A stretch of DNA of 64,000 nt from NCBI GenBank assembly GCA_024137785.1, contig JAHRHZ010000268.1, forward strand, positions 6,262,772 to 6,326,771, given 5' to 3'. The stretch is from Ginglymostoma cirratum. Lineage: Eukaryota. The notes below the pieces were generated by a model, which did no database searches, was not told where the DNA came from, and worked only from the letters and a program-made list of their open reading frames with translations. A program made the translations under genes and the position numbers. Each line of letters begins with the position of its first letter. Position 1 is the first letter of the stretch. Of this stretch, positions 51,895 to 64,000 are shown one piece after another.

Positions 51895-52530
51895 ACGTAG
51901 GAACAGAAGTAGATCATTCAGCCCAATGAGTGTGATCTGTCATTCAATGGGATAATGGCTGATCTGATAATTCTCAACTCCACTTTCTTGCCTTTCTCCA
52001 CAGCCCTCGATTCCCTTACCAATTAAAAATGTGGCTATCTCAGTCTTGAATATACTCAATGACTCACCTCCTACAGCCTCTGCGGTAAAGAATTCCACAG
52101 ATTCACTACTCTCCAAGAGAAGAAAGTCCTCCTCATCTCTGTCGCATGTGGGTGACCGCTTACTCAGATTTTTCTGGTCCTGGTCTCTTCCATAATGGAA
52201 AACAACCTCTCCGCAACTACCTGTCAAATTCCTTTAGAACCTTGTATGTCTTAATTAGATTGCATGTCATTCTTCTAAACTCCAACGAGTTCAGACCCAA
52301 ATCATTCAACAACTCCTCCTAATAGCATCCCCCCATGCCTAGAATATACAACCTGAACCCTCTCTGGACTGCCTCCAATGCCAGTATACTTTTTCCTGAG
52401 ATGAGGTGATCGAAACTGTTCACAGTACTCTGGCTGTGGCCTAGCCTTATGTAATTATAAGCATACTTTCCAATGTTAATACACTGTTCCCTTTGAAATA
52501 AAGGCTGGCAGTCCATTTGCCTTCGCTGTT
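51895..52530 (-). mobile_element. CR1 LINE 3' fragment
   Basis: same family as 6893-7525; ILALEAVQRGFRL peptide. Confidence 0.8.
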
Positions 52531-53425
52531 AAATGCTAGATTTTCATGCTGTCATCCATATAACTCTCACTAGGTTGGATCCTTTCATGCTTGGGTGATG
52601 GATTGTCATAAGTGTTGCTAAAAATGCATATTTTGATGTCCATGGCTTGCTGGATCTCCTGTGCTCTTTTATCCACCATTTGTTCTTTATTTCATGCATT
52701 GACTTTATCAAAGGCCTTTTGAAAATCCAAATACATTATGTACATGATGTAAATCTTTTATATCCTTTCTGATCTTAAGCTAAATTATCTATAATTTCCT
52801 GGAGTAAATCTGGTTCAAATATAAACAATAATAGGAATTGTCTCTGGTCATCTCACGCTATAACCACTTTCTATACCATTTAGTTCCTCTGTTAGCTCAT
52901 AATTTGCTTACCTTAAAGAAACACAAATGAAACCTTTCTGAGCCAGCTGTTTTATTCTTTGAATAGTTTAACAATTTTCCACTCATCAATATGTTTTATT
53001 TTTTGCCTTATGTCACATGCACCGTATTATCCTCCTTGGTTTAAAATTTGGGTTTGGGAGGCAGGTTACCAAGAAAAATATCAACTTCAACAAATGCTGG
53101 TTTAAAGCAGTAAGTGATTTATTGGTTAACACGTTTTACTGCTTTTACCTGCATTTAGTTAGTAGGATTGAGTTCTGATGCTGGACAGTCTTTGGCTCCT
53201 TTCATTATTTAATGGATCTGACAGGAAGATAATGGGGATGATATGGCAGGAGCAAATTACTGCAGATGCTGGAATCTAATGTTTTAACTGACCACGTCAC
53301 AGAGAAGGGAGATGAAACGTTTGCATGAAAACCAGTCAGCTTGGCGAACCAACCAACAATTCCAACTGCAACCCTAGCTACAGATCTTCATCTCTATATT
53401 AGAAACACGTCAGAACTGACTACAA

Positions 53426-56221
53426 CAGGTAGCAAGAACTGCAGATGCTAGACTCAGACAACACAGCGTGGAGCTGGAGGCACACGGCAGGTCAGGCAGC
53501 ATCAGAGGAGCAGGAAAATTGATGTTTTGGGTCAGGACCCTTCTTCAGAAATGGGGAGGGGGAAGGGAGCTCAGAAATAAATAAAGAGAGGAGGGGTGGG
53601 GCTGGGGAAGGTAGGTGGGATGGTGATAGGTGAGTGCAGGTAGGGAGTGGTGGGGATTGGTCAGGCGGATAGGTGGGAGAGAAAATGGACAGGTTGTGCC
53701 AGATCAAGGAGGCAGGGTTGAGTGGGAGGCTTGGACATGGGATGAGGCCAGGGGTTGGGGAGATTCTGAAACTGGTAAAATCCACATTTAGGTCATTGGG
53801 CTATAGGCTCTCGAGATGGAATATGAGGTACTGCTCCTCCGGTTTGCGGGTGGTGTCATTGTGACATTGGAGGAGGCCCAGGATGGACATGTCAGGGAGT
53901 GGGAGGGGGTGTTAAAATGGCTGGCAATGTATGGTTGTCATTTGTCACAAACAGAGCACAGGTGCTTCACAAAATGGTCTCAGTTTACGCTTGGTCTCAC
54001 CGATGTAGGGGAGGCCACATCGGGAGCAGCGGATGCAGTAGAACAAGTTGGAGGATGTACAAGTGAACCCCTGTCTGATGTGGAAGGTTTGTTTTGTGCC
54101 TTGAATGGAGGTGGGGGGGGGGGGGGGGGGGGGGGGAGTTGGGGAGTTGGGGGGGAGGTGTTGGGGTAGGTGTAGCACTTCCTGCGGTTGCAGGGAAAGG
54201 AGCCCCGGGGTGGTGGGGTCAATGGGGAATGTGGAGCCGACGAGGGGGTCATGGAGAGAGCAGTCCCTAAAAAAGGCAGATGGGGTGGGGGAGGGAAAGA
54301 CATCTTTGGTTGTGGGATCAGATTGTAGGTGGCAGAATTGGCAGACAATATGGATGTGGAGATTAGTGGGGTGATATGTGAGGACAAGGGAGTTTCTGTC
54401 TTTATTTTTGTTGGGGGCGGAAGGATGTGAAGGCTGAAGTGTAGGAAATGCAAGAAATGCAGTTGAGGGTATTTTCGATCACTGAAGGTGGGGGTGGTGG
54501 GAAACGTTTATGGTCCTTGAAATAGGAGGATATCTGGGATGTGCGGGAGTGGAATGGTCTATCTTGGGAGCAGACGTGGCGAAGGTGGAGGAGTTGGGAG
54601 TAGCGGATTGCATTCTTGCAGGAAGGTGGGTGAGAGGAGGTGCAGTCAAGGTAGCTGTGGGAGTCAGTGGGCTTGAAATAGATGTCAGTTTCGAGGCAGT
54701 CACCAGAGATAGAGCCAAAAAGGTCCAGGAAGGAGAGGGAGGTACCGGAGTTGGTCCAGGTGCATTTGAGGTTGGAGTGAGCGGTGTTAGTAAAGTTGGT
54801 GAACTGTTCAAGCTCCTCATGGGAGCACGAAGCGGCACCGATACAGTCATCGATGTAACGGAGGAAGAGGTGGGGGATAATGCCAGTGCAGCAGTGGAAG
54901 AGGGACTGTCCCATGTATAGAATAGAATCCCTACAGTGTGGAAACAGGACCTTCGGCCCAACAAGTCCACACCGAACCTCAGAGCATCCCACCCAGACCC
55001 ATCCCCCTTTAACACACCTAATCTACACCTCCCTGAACACTACGGGCAATTTAGCATGGCCAAACAACCTAACCTGCACAGCTTTGGACAATGGGAGGAA
55101 ATCCACGCAGACACGGGGAGAATGTGCAAACTGCACACAGACAGTTGCCTGAGGGTGGAATCGAACCCAGGTCCCTGGTGCTGTGAGGCAGCAGTGCTAA
55201 CCACTGTGTCACCGTGCCACCCCTAAGAGGCAGGCAAAGCTTGGGCCCATGAGGGTGCCCATGGCCACCCCCTTAGTCTGTAGGAACTGGGAGGAGTTAA
55301 AGGAGAAGTTGTTAAGTATAAGGATGAGTTTGGTTATGCGGATAAGAGTGTTGGTGGAGGGGGACTGGTTGGGCTAGTGGGAGAGGAAGAGGCAGTGGGC
55401 TTTTAGGCCACCTGTATGGGGGATACAAGTTTACAGGGATTGGATGTCAATAGTGAAGATGAGGTGTTGGGAGCCAGGGTACTGGAAGTCTTGGAGGAGG
55501 TGGAGGGTGTGGATGGTGTCCCGGATGTAGGTGGGGAGTTCCTGAACTGGAGGAAGAAAACTGAGTCAAGGTAAGCAGTGATAAGTTCAGTGGGGCAGGA
55601 GCAGGCAGAGACAGTGGATTGGCCGGGGCAGTCAGGTTTGTGGATTTTGGGAAGGAGATAGAAATGGGCGGTGTGGGGTTGGGGAACGATGAGGTTGTAA
55701 GCTGTGGTTGGGAGGTCACCTGAAGTGATGAGGTAATGAATGGTTTGAGAGATGATGGTTTGGTGGTCAGGGGTGGGGGTCATGATTGAGGGGGCAGTAA
55801 GAGGAGGTGTCAGAGAGTTGACCAAGCAAAGACTCAGACCGTTTTGTAGAGCATCTGCACTCTGTACATGATAAACGACAACACCTTCCGGTTGCCAACC
55901 GTTTTAACACCCCCTCCCACTCCCTGGGGGACATGTCAATTCTGGGCCTCCTCCAGAGCCACACCACAGGCAAAGTGGAGGAGCAGAACCTCATATTCTG
56001 CTCAGTGGCGTAAATATGGAATTCACCAGTTTCAAAATCTCTCCAACCCCTGGCCTCATCCCATGCTCAAGCCTCCCACTCATCCCCGCCTCCTTGACCT
56101 GACACAACCCGTCCATCTTCTCTCCCAGCTATCTGCCCCACCCATCCCACTATCACCATCCCACCTGCCCTCCTCTCTCTATTTATTTCCAAAGTCTCTT
56201 CCCCTCCCCATTTCTGAAGAA
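53426..56221 (-). mobile_element. Penelope family A-related element, RT + GIY-YIG, with inverted 5' segment
   Basis: RT motifs FYLLPKIHKPDCPG, FLRYIDDCIG, FKPTDSHSYL; YIGETKRKL; + strand segment 55820-56221; TSD AGAACTGACTACAA at 53412-53425 and 56222-56235. Confidence 0.9.
54917..55223 (-). mobile_element. V-SINE (HE1-like) inserted in Penelope RT
   Basis: reverse-complement homolog of 35984-36310. Confidence 0.85.
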
Positions 56222-56866
56222 AGAACTGACTACAAGACTCCTACGACCTATTGGAATAAGGATAGCACACAAACCAACAGCCAGACTTCACCAGTTACTC
56301 TCAAAGAAGAGAAACCTCATACCCATAATGAGCAGGACAAATGTAATACATAAAATACCATGCAGCAACTGCGAGAAACACTACATAGGACAACAGGCAG
56401 GAGTCTCGCCACCAGGATGCATGAACACCAACTCGCAGCAAAATGACCAACTCTCCCTCGTTTCAATACACTCCAACATAGAAGTACATCAATTTGACTG
56501 GGACAAAGTTACAGTACTAGGACCAGCAAGACAGAGACAAGCACAAGAATTCCTGGAGGCCTAGTTCTTAACCACCGATGCGATTAACAAACATGTTGAA
56601 ATAGATCCCACCTACATACCACTACGGTACAAAACCGGAAACAAACTGCACACCCATGACACACTGGACCATGTAAATTCAGAGCGGGACAGAACAACAG
56701 CGCTTCAATGGAGGCTACGCAGCACTGACAGTGTCACCTAGAAGGGAGATGAAACGTTTGCATGAACCTAGCTTGGCCAACCAATCAACAACTCCATGCT
56801 GGAATCTGAACCCAAAACAAAAAATGCTGGAGATCACAATGGGTCAGACAGCATCCATGGAGAGAC

Positions 56867-57094
56867 CAAAAGAACAGTGGGTGCTGTAAATCAGGAACAA
56901 AAACAAAGTTGCTGGGAAAGCTCAGCAGGTCGGGCAGCATCTGTGGAGGAGAAAACAGAGTTAACATTTGGGGTCCGGTGACCCTTCCTCAGAACGGTTC
57001 TGAGGAAGGGTCACCGAACCCGAAACGTTAACTCTGTTTTCTCCTCCACAGATGCTGCCGGACCTGCTGAGCTTTTCCAGCAACTTTGTTTTTG
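56867..57094. mobile_element. Palindromic double-hammerhead element (family D)
   Basis: about 100-bp arms centred at 56996; TSD TCCATGGAGAGAC at 56854-56866 and 57095-57107. Confidence 0.9.
56996..57033 (+). ncRNA. Minimal hammerhead motif in family D right arm
   Basis: GGUU-CUGAGGA-A-GGGU-CACCGA-ACCC-GAAA-CGUU-AACU. Confidence 0.7.
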
Positions 57095-57107
57095 TCCATG
57101 GAGAGAC

Positions 57108-58270
57108 AGCAAGTTAACGTTTCAAGCCTAGGTGACTCTTCAGAGCTAAAAAGTGTGGAGACTTGAAAGACATGCAGACTTGAAAGTACAGACAGTCCCA
57201 CTGGGTGGGGCAAGGGAGAGAGATGGACGGAGAATGTAACAAGCAAAGCTAAAAGAAAGCGAAGGAATGGGTTCACAATTTGAAGGTGTTGAGCTCAATA
57301 TTGAGCCCAGAAGGTTGTAAACTGCCTCGTTTGAAGATGAAATGTTGTTCCTCCAATTTGCGCTATGATTCACTGGAGCACCGCAGCTTGCCGAGGACAG
57401 ACGAGTGAGCATGTGAGCAGGACGCTGTGTTAAAGTGACTGGCTGAGGGAAGGTTGGGATCATGCTTGCACACAGACCAGAGATGTTCTGCAAAGCAGTC
57501 ACCCAGTCTGCGTTTGGTTTCTCTAATGTATGGTAGGTCACATTGGGTGCAGTGAATACAATACACAAGATTGGAGGAGGTACAGCTGAAATGCTGGAAA
57601 GACTGTTTAGGCTCTTGGATAGTGAGCAGAGGAGCTGGAGCGGTAGGTGGTGCACATTCTGCGGTAACATGGGAAGGTGCCAATGGGAAGGGGGAGTGGT
57701 GTTGGTGGTCAAGGAATGGACTAGAGTATCCCAGAGGGAACATTCCCTGTGAAATGCAGTCAGGGGCGCAAGAGGAAGGTGTGTTTGCTGGTGGTGTTCT
57801 GCTGGAGTTGTCAGAAAGTGATCTTTTGAAAGGAGGGGGCTGGTGGGGTGAAATGTGAGAACAAGGGGACCTGATCACGCTGCTGTGAGTGATGGGAAGG
57901 GGCAAAGGCAGAAGCACAGGTGACAGGTCAGATGTGGTTGAGGGCTCTGTCAACTACAGTAGGTGGTAAACTATGGTTACGGAAGAAGGAAGCCATGTCA
58001 GCAGTGTTGTTTTGGAAGGTGGCATCATCCGAACAGATACAATGTAGGAAAAAGAACTGGAAGAATGTAATGGAATCCTTGCAGGACATGGGGTGGGAAG
58101 AGCTGTAGTAAAGGTAGCTATGGGAGTCAGTGGCTTTGTAGGATGGCAGTGGACAGTTTATTCCCTGGAATGTAGACGGAGAGGTCAAGGAAAGGAAGGG
58201 AAGGGAAGTGTCAGAAATAGATGATGTGAAAGTTATAGAGGGTAGAAATTGGAGGCAAAATGAACACATT
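57108..58270 (-). mobile_element. Penelope family C (oldest layer; terminal repeat continues at 56808-56866 and about 53250-53277)
   Basis: NLVYCIHCTQCDLPYIRETKRRLGDCFAEHL and ATDSHSYLYYSSSHP...CICSDDATF. Confidence 0.85.
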
Positions 58271-59974
58271 TTTTAAGGATTTTCAAGGATTTGGCACATT
58301 ATTCAATAATTTGCTGTATTCAGTCTAAGTCACAGCACAAAACAAAAACTGCATTGGTGCTGCAATTCATGAGCTGAAGCTAGTTGTCAGTTCCAGTGCG
58401 AACCAGGATAAATTGGCATACAAATAACCCAAATTAAACAGCTAAGTACATACAGAATCCACCTGAAAAAAAAACGCTCATAGCAACAGGAAATTCTGTA
58501 ATATCACAAACAAGCATTGGATTTCATTCAGCTTTTATGTTAGTGAATCACTGGGCTGCCCCTCACTGCTGTAAACCTGGAGTATTCCATGGACTTTCAG
58601 CCCATGAAATGTTTCTGATCATTACATTGTGCAGCAGAATTAGAACAAATGGCCAAGGCTAGAAAGCAGTGAAGGAACCCAATTATTTCCCCGATAGATC
58701 GTTCTAGGACTTTGACTGCTACATCACAAATCCAGTGAATGGTACACAGGATATATCAACCACTGAACATATAACACCAGGAAACAGTGCTCAACGCAGG
58801 CACTGTTTCTAGAACAAGTTTCTGTTTTCTCCGTGCAATATTTCGTTTCCTGTTTCTAACAGCAACTGAGAACAATTCAATCAAAAATGAAAGTGACTGT
58901 GAACCAGTTTATTGCTGCATGAAGGTCGATGGACCACATTACACACAGGAATGCACTTCATAAAAACTGAAATATTCTTCACAAATAATTGGAATCTGCC
59001 TCAATCTCAGAGTGATCATTGTATCTAATAGATCCATTTCTGGAATATCTCGAAACACTTAAGAGACCACACTTTATCTGAAACAGAATCATGACCAGCA
59101 CTACATTAATTGTAAGAAAAAGAAACATCTTTAAGCCCCCATCAAAATCTAAATTAAGAATTTGGCAATTCTCTTTGGGATCATGAGGTGACCAATACTT
59201 GCCTTTAATGAGTATTTGCTGAATTGTAAATTTATCTATTCTTAAGTATTCTTAATTGTATATTCAACAAACTACAAAATTTTCGGAAGCAATTAATACA
59301 AATGTCAATGATTTAAAATGTCCACTGCTTTGTCAAAGATAGAAATGAACACCCAGTAACAATGTAATCTTTTAAAGTAATTTTTGAACTTGGGGGTAGG
59401 CTTTGATCCCATTTAAGTAATATAGATTGCCAACTGCAGCATTTAACACCGTTAAGATAACGGCTTGAGACTTTAGCATAGAGATAGGAGAAATCTCTTC
59501 ACTTAGAGGGTTATGAGCTACTCTTCTGTTCTTCTATTTCTTAATTCTATTGTAATTTCTATTGGAAGAAATTGCAATTTTCATGTCAATGCTGCAGCAT
59601 CTCCGAAAGGTAGAGCAGCAGAAATTTAAACAACTGATTCAACAAGAGTACAACGTCAGACCTGATGTGGGGTGGGTGGAGGAGTGAGGGACGAATTTTC
59701 TGAGCCCGTGCTCTCAGTAGAGAAACCTGGCCACATGCAGCATACACCAGAATTCCTAACATCCCCTTTGGTAAGAGCTTCACAGGATTGAATTTCCAAT
59801 AAAATTCGACATATATGTGGCTAAATAAATCCAAATGCGAGCCTAAAGAAATTACACCACCCTTATGCTTGCTTAACAAAACAAAAAGGTTCAAATCTCT
59901 TCCTAGATAGATTTAAAAGGTTAAATATATCTAGATTGCAAGAATAAAGGCATTGCATTTTCATATAATCATTA

Positions 59975-60840
59975 AATGGCTACAGTACAGATAAAAAGAT
60001 CATTAAACTCCTTTGTCCATACTGGCTCTGCCTGCTTTTTCCCTATAGCCAAGCATTTTGTTTTTCTCAAGATATTTATTCAGTTCTGTTTTGAAAATCA
60101 TAGCTGAAGCCAGCTTATGTTCTGCCACAGATTCCATCAATTCAATGCATATTTTATTTTTCTTTTATGTCACAATTAGCTTCTTTGACAACGATCTTAA
60201 AACAATTTCTCCTGGTTTTCATTTCTCCAAAAATTATTGCATCCCATCTACACTCTCCGGAACTCTCATGATTTTGAATACCTGTACCAACCTTTCAACC
60301 TCTCTTCTTCAAAAGACAACAGACCCAGCTTCACGAATCTTATTCGGTAACTGTAGTCTCTGAATTCCAAACCCATTTTTGTACATCTTCTCTGCAACCT
60401 CTCTGATGCATTCACATCCTTCCTAAAGTGTGGATGCAATATTCCAGTTGAGGCAGAACCAGAGTTTTATGAAGGTTCACTACGATTACTTTCATTTTGT
60501 GTTCCATGCCACTTAATGCTGAGATCTGTATGCCTTATTAATCAACTTTTCATTCTACTTTGCCACTTTCAGTGATATGTGTACATACATCTCCCGATCC
60601 CTCAGCTCCTGCACATACTTTAGAATTACATCATCTGCTTTATATTCCTTTGCCTCATTCGTACTCAAATGTATCATTTCATACTTCTCTGTATTATGCA
60701 TCTGCCAGATGTCTTCCCATTCCCCCATCTTGCCTATGTCCTTTTGAAGTCTTTCACTATCCCCTTCACAATGCTTCCAAGTTTAATGTCATCTGCAAAT
60801 TTTGAAATGTTGGTCGCCATATCCAGTCCAGGTTATTAAT
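59975..60840 (-). mobile_element. Decayed CR1 fragment
   Basis: gtcatctgcaaatt (reversed FADD) at about 60790; CR1 3' motifs. Confidence 0.6.
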
Positions 60841-60917
60841 ATATTTCAAGCAAAACACTAGTCTGTAGGCCATCTACAGCAGCTGATTTATACGCTGACA
60901 CAATCTATAACCTCATG

Positions 60918-61028
60918 CCCTAATGAAGGGTCCCAACCTGAAACGTTGACTTTCCTGCTCCTCTGATGCTGTCAGACCTGCTCTGTTTCTCCAGCTCCAA
61001 ACTGTATTGACTCGACAACGCCAATTGC
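60918..61028 (+). mobile_element. Short Penelope terminal-repeat insertion starting at decayed hammerhead
   Basis: ctaatgaagggtcccaacctgaaacgttgac...; flanking aacctcatg repeat at 60909 and 61029. Confidence 0.65.
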
Positions 61029-61079
61029 AACCTCATGGCCTGGCATATCCTCCAGTCAGAGGATTAACACAGACTTAAT

Positions 61080-61810
61080 GAAGTGGGCAGGAGGGCTTGC
61101 CAAAAACAGCACCTGGCATAGCTCAAATGAGGTGTCACCTGGTGAAGCTACCAAACAGGGCTAACTGCTTATGCTGTTTGGCAAGCAAGAAGTGATAGTG
61201 ATCCTAGAACAAACTGATCAGATCTAAAGCTCTGCAGTCTGCCATACAATCATGTATGGTGATGGACAATTACATAACTCACTGGTGGAGGAGAATCAAC
61301 AAATATCTCCATACGCCATGATAGAGGAGCCCAACATGTCAGTGCAAATATTAAGGCTGAAGCTTTCACGACAATCTTCAGCCAGAATTGCCGAGTGGAC
61401 GATCGATCTTGGTCTCGTCTAGTGGTCACCAGTGTCAGAAATAGCGGACCTCATTCAATTTGATTCACTCTATATGACATGAAGATAGCGTTGGAGATAT
61501 TGGATATCGTGAAGGCTATGGACCCTGTCGACGATCCGGCAATAGATCTGAAGACTCATGTTCCATAACTTGCCACTCCCCTAGCCAAGCTCTTCCAATA
61601 CTGTTACAACACTGGTATTCAACTGACAATGTGGAAAATTGTCCAGGTGTGTCCTGTACACAAAAAGCAAGACAAAACCAACCCAGCCAATTACTGCCCC
61701 AATCTACTTTCGATCATCAGTAAAGTGACAGAAGGTATAATCAATAGTGTTATGATGCAGCAACTGCTCAGTGACACCCAGTTTGCATTCTACCGGGGGC
61801 TATTCAGCTC
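61080..61810 (+). mobile_element. LINE ORF2 fragment (start of RT)
   Basis: MWKIVQVCPVHKKQDKTNPANYCP...ISKVTEGII...QFAF. Confidence 0.75.
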
Positions 61811-63477
61811 CTGACTTCTTTTTCTTACCCATTCCTTCTTTAATAATTCTCACTTTCCCCCCTATCTCCAACATTACAATTCAATCTCAGAATAAATTTG
61901 GAATTCTCATTTATCATCAAAGTGAATCATTTGATTATAACAAGACCTTAGGGAAAGGCAGTTCAGTGGGTCCTGAACAGACTAGAAGTTAATAATACAC
62001 AGCCAGAAGTCTGATGACATCATTCAGCAGTAATACTCGGTTTAGCCAAAATTTCACAAGAAGTAAATTGCACACCGTGTTCTTGCTTTTTCTGACTTCA
62101 CAAAATTTTCAAAGTGCAATATTTTCTAAGACACCTTGTGGTTTACAATCAACATGCAGATATCTGTGAAACGCTAAATTATTTATTTCACCAATTTAAG
62201 AGTTACTCACACCAAAGATGTTAATAGCAAAGAAACAATATTAGAGATAAAAGGTGGGGCACGAAAGTAACCTAACCTAAGCCTCAGGAGGCCGACAGGA
62301 TTAGATGGAAATCCCTAAATACTATATACCAATTCACTCTGCCTAATGGAATAATTTTAACATATCTTACCAGTCAAAAACCTGATGGGATTGGATGCAA
62401 TGTTGTTTTGACATCCCTTCCAAACGTACCCTTCACTGGAGCCAACAAATAATATTAGGTGAGAAAATTGTATGAGAAAATTGACATTTCACAAACTTAT
62501 AGGTTCCCCATTTGTTTGTTTTGATCAAAATTGCCCCACACAGACCCAAACAAAATTGTTAAACATCACTCTCAGGGTTTGTGACATCACTGGAACCTCA
62601 CCATATGACACTGAGCTGCTGTGTTCTACTCTTACCAGTCCACTATTTGATATTTAGTACGCATTGCGACAAAACGTGAAGACAGTTTAGACTATGTTTT
62701 AATGTCTGAAAGTGTCAAGCAAAAAAAAAAACTTTGTTGTTTCCTAGCAGGCAGATGAGCAGCAGGTGATTCCCACTGAACTAAGGAATCCAGAAAAGGG
62801 GGACCTCAAAATAAGTAAACATAATAAAAGCTTTTTTAAAAAAACAACACAGTCCAATCGAGAAGGAAAATAACTATAACTGATGTTGTTAGGTTGCAAT
62901 TGATCAACCATTGTACTGCAAATTACAGAAGTGACCTCCGCATCAACGTCTATGTGATGCATTATGACATCTTTTGCACATCTGTAACCCAAGTCAAGGG
63001 CTGACTGATGTAGTCCTAATGACGGTTCAGGTCTGTCTTATATCAATGTTGACTAAGTCTGATTTCCTAATCCCAACAATTTTGCCATCTAAATGTACAG
63101 TTGGGAGACTAATATGGAAAATAACATCCATTTTGACTACGACAGAGAATGAGCAGCCTTTTTAACTGTGTCAGGTTGATAATAAATGCATGGGTGAGTG
63201 TTGTTAATGGGTAAATCTTTACCTACATTTGGAAAATATTTATTTGATCTGTTATCAGTAGAAAAAATTTTAGGGGTGGTTACTTTTGTGAGGAGACTCC
63301 CTCAACACATGTATAATATTTCTTTAATTGTAACTATCCATAGAATTGCTATCTACTTAGATTGGTTACCATGGAAATGTATGCATAAAAATGCAGATAA
63401 TGCAAGTTACTAATTATTACTAGAAGAACTACTCAAGCTGGTGCTTCTCATAGCAAAGCAGCAGAACAAAGCAGAAC

Positions 63478-63812
63478 ATGGAAACATAGAAAATAGCAAG
63501 AGGAGTAGGCCATTCAGTCCCTTGAGTCTGCTGCACCATTCAGTATGATCATGGCTGATTGTCCAACTCAGTACACCTGTTCTAAGTTTCTCTCCATACA
63601 CTTTGATCCCTTTAGCTCTGTGAACATGTATAATTCCTTCTTGAAAACATTCAATGCATTCTCCTCAACTGCTTTCTGCAGTAGAGAATTCTACAGGCTC
63701 ACGACTGTCCAGGTGAAGAAATTTCTCCTCGTCCCAGTCCTAATGCCCTACTCTGTATCTTCAGATTGTGACCCCTTGATCTGGACTCCCTCATTGGGAA
63801 CATCCTTCCTAC
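63478..63812 (-). mobile_element. CR1 LINE 3' end
   Basis: gaaacatagaaaatagcaagaggagtaggccattcag reversed tail, as at 38870. Confidence 0.8.
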
Positions 63813-64000
63813 CAGAAATAAATCAGAAAAAACAAATGTCGCATAAGTATGTTTTCTGCTGTGTACTTTTGGAATGAGGGGAAATGGAAACAGGAGGTGG
63901 ATTTGGTGTCAAAAATTTTCACTCATCATATTTAAATATGCCCTTTCAATTGACCACTTTTGTTTTAAAGACATTGCAAAATGTAATTTAATCAGAAAAC

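Larger units (their letters stand above)
53278..56795 (+). mobile_element. Penelope family B-type copy (terminal repeat, truncated body, terminal repeat) split by a later insertion
   Basis: TSD ATGCTGGAATCT at 53266-53277 and 56796-56807; KIPCSNCEKHYIGQ...RQAQEFLEA; repeat gaagggagatgaaacgtttgcatgaa at about 53305 and 56741. Confidence 0.85.

Noticed and set aside
54111-54156. G-run encoding poly-Pro/poly-Gly in the ORF track
   Set aside because: Homopolymer expansion inside a dead Penelope copy, possibly a sequencing artefact.
11740-61028. Recurring short palindromic repeats as a CRISPR-like array or prokaryotic terminators
   Set aside because: Dispersed, TSD-flanked retroelement termini in a eukaryotic locus; no regular repeat-spacer period and no cas genes.

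Overview
Eukaryotic, intron-rich vertebrate DNA; the repeat landscape (V-SINE/HE1-like SINEs, Deu-type SINEs, CR1/L2 LINEs, many Penelope-like elements) suggests a cartilaginous fish (inference). The + strand carries the last nine coding exons (8839-44454, 1533 nt, 510 aa + stop) of an SH3-DH-PH Rho/Cdc42 GEF best matching ARHGEF4 (Asef); its N-terminal exons are not visible here. Most ORF-track entries are TE remnants or noise. Main findings: (1) a TSD-bounded 1.85 kb Penelope composite (28365-30214) that looks like a polyadenylated read-through transcript carrying about 660 nt of foreign DNA, joined by template switch to a second terminal repeat; (2) minimal hammerhead-ribozyme motifs in Penelope terminal repeats, including short TSD-flanked palindromic elements with one hammerhead on each strand; (3) an in-frame candidate alternative last exon of the GEF (33567-33793); (4) a candidate internal RFX-type promoter and first exon upstream of the SH3 exon; (5) a four-level TE nest (53250-58270) resolvable by TSDs. 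Exon and TSD coordinates were read by eye; old LINE/SINE boundaries are approximate. No database searches were run.
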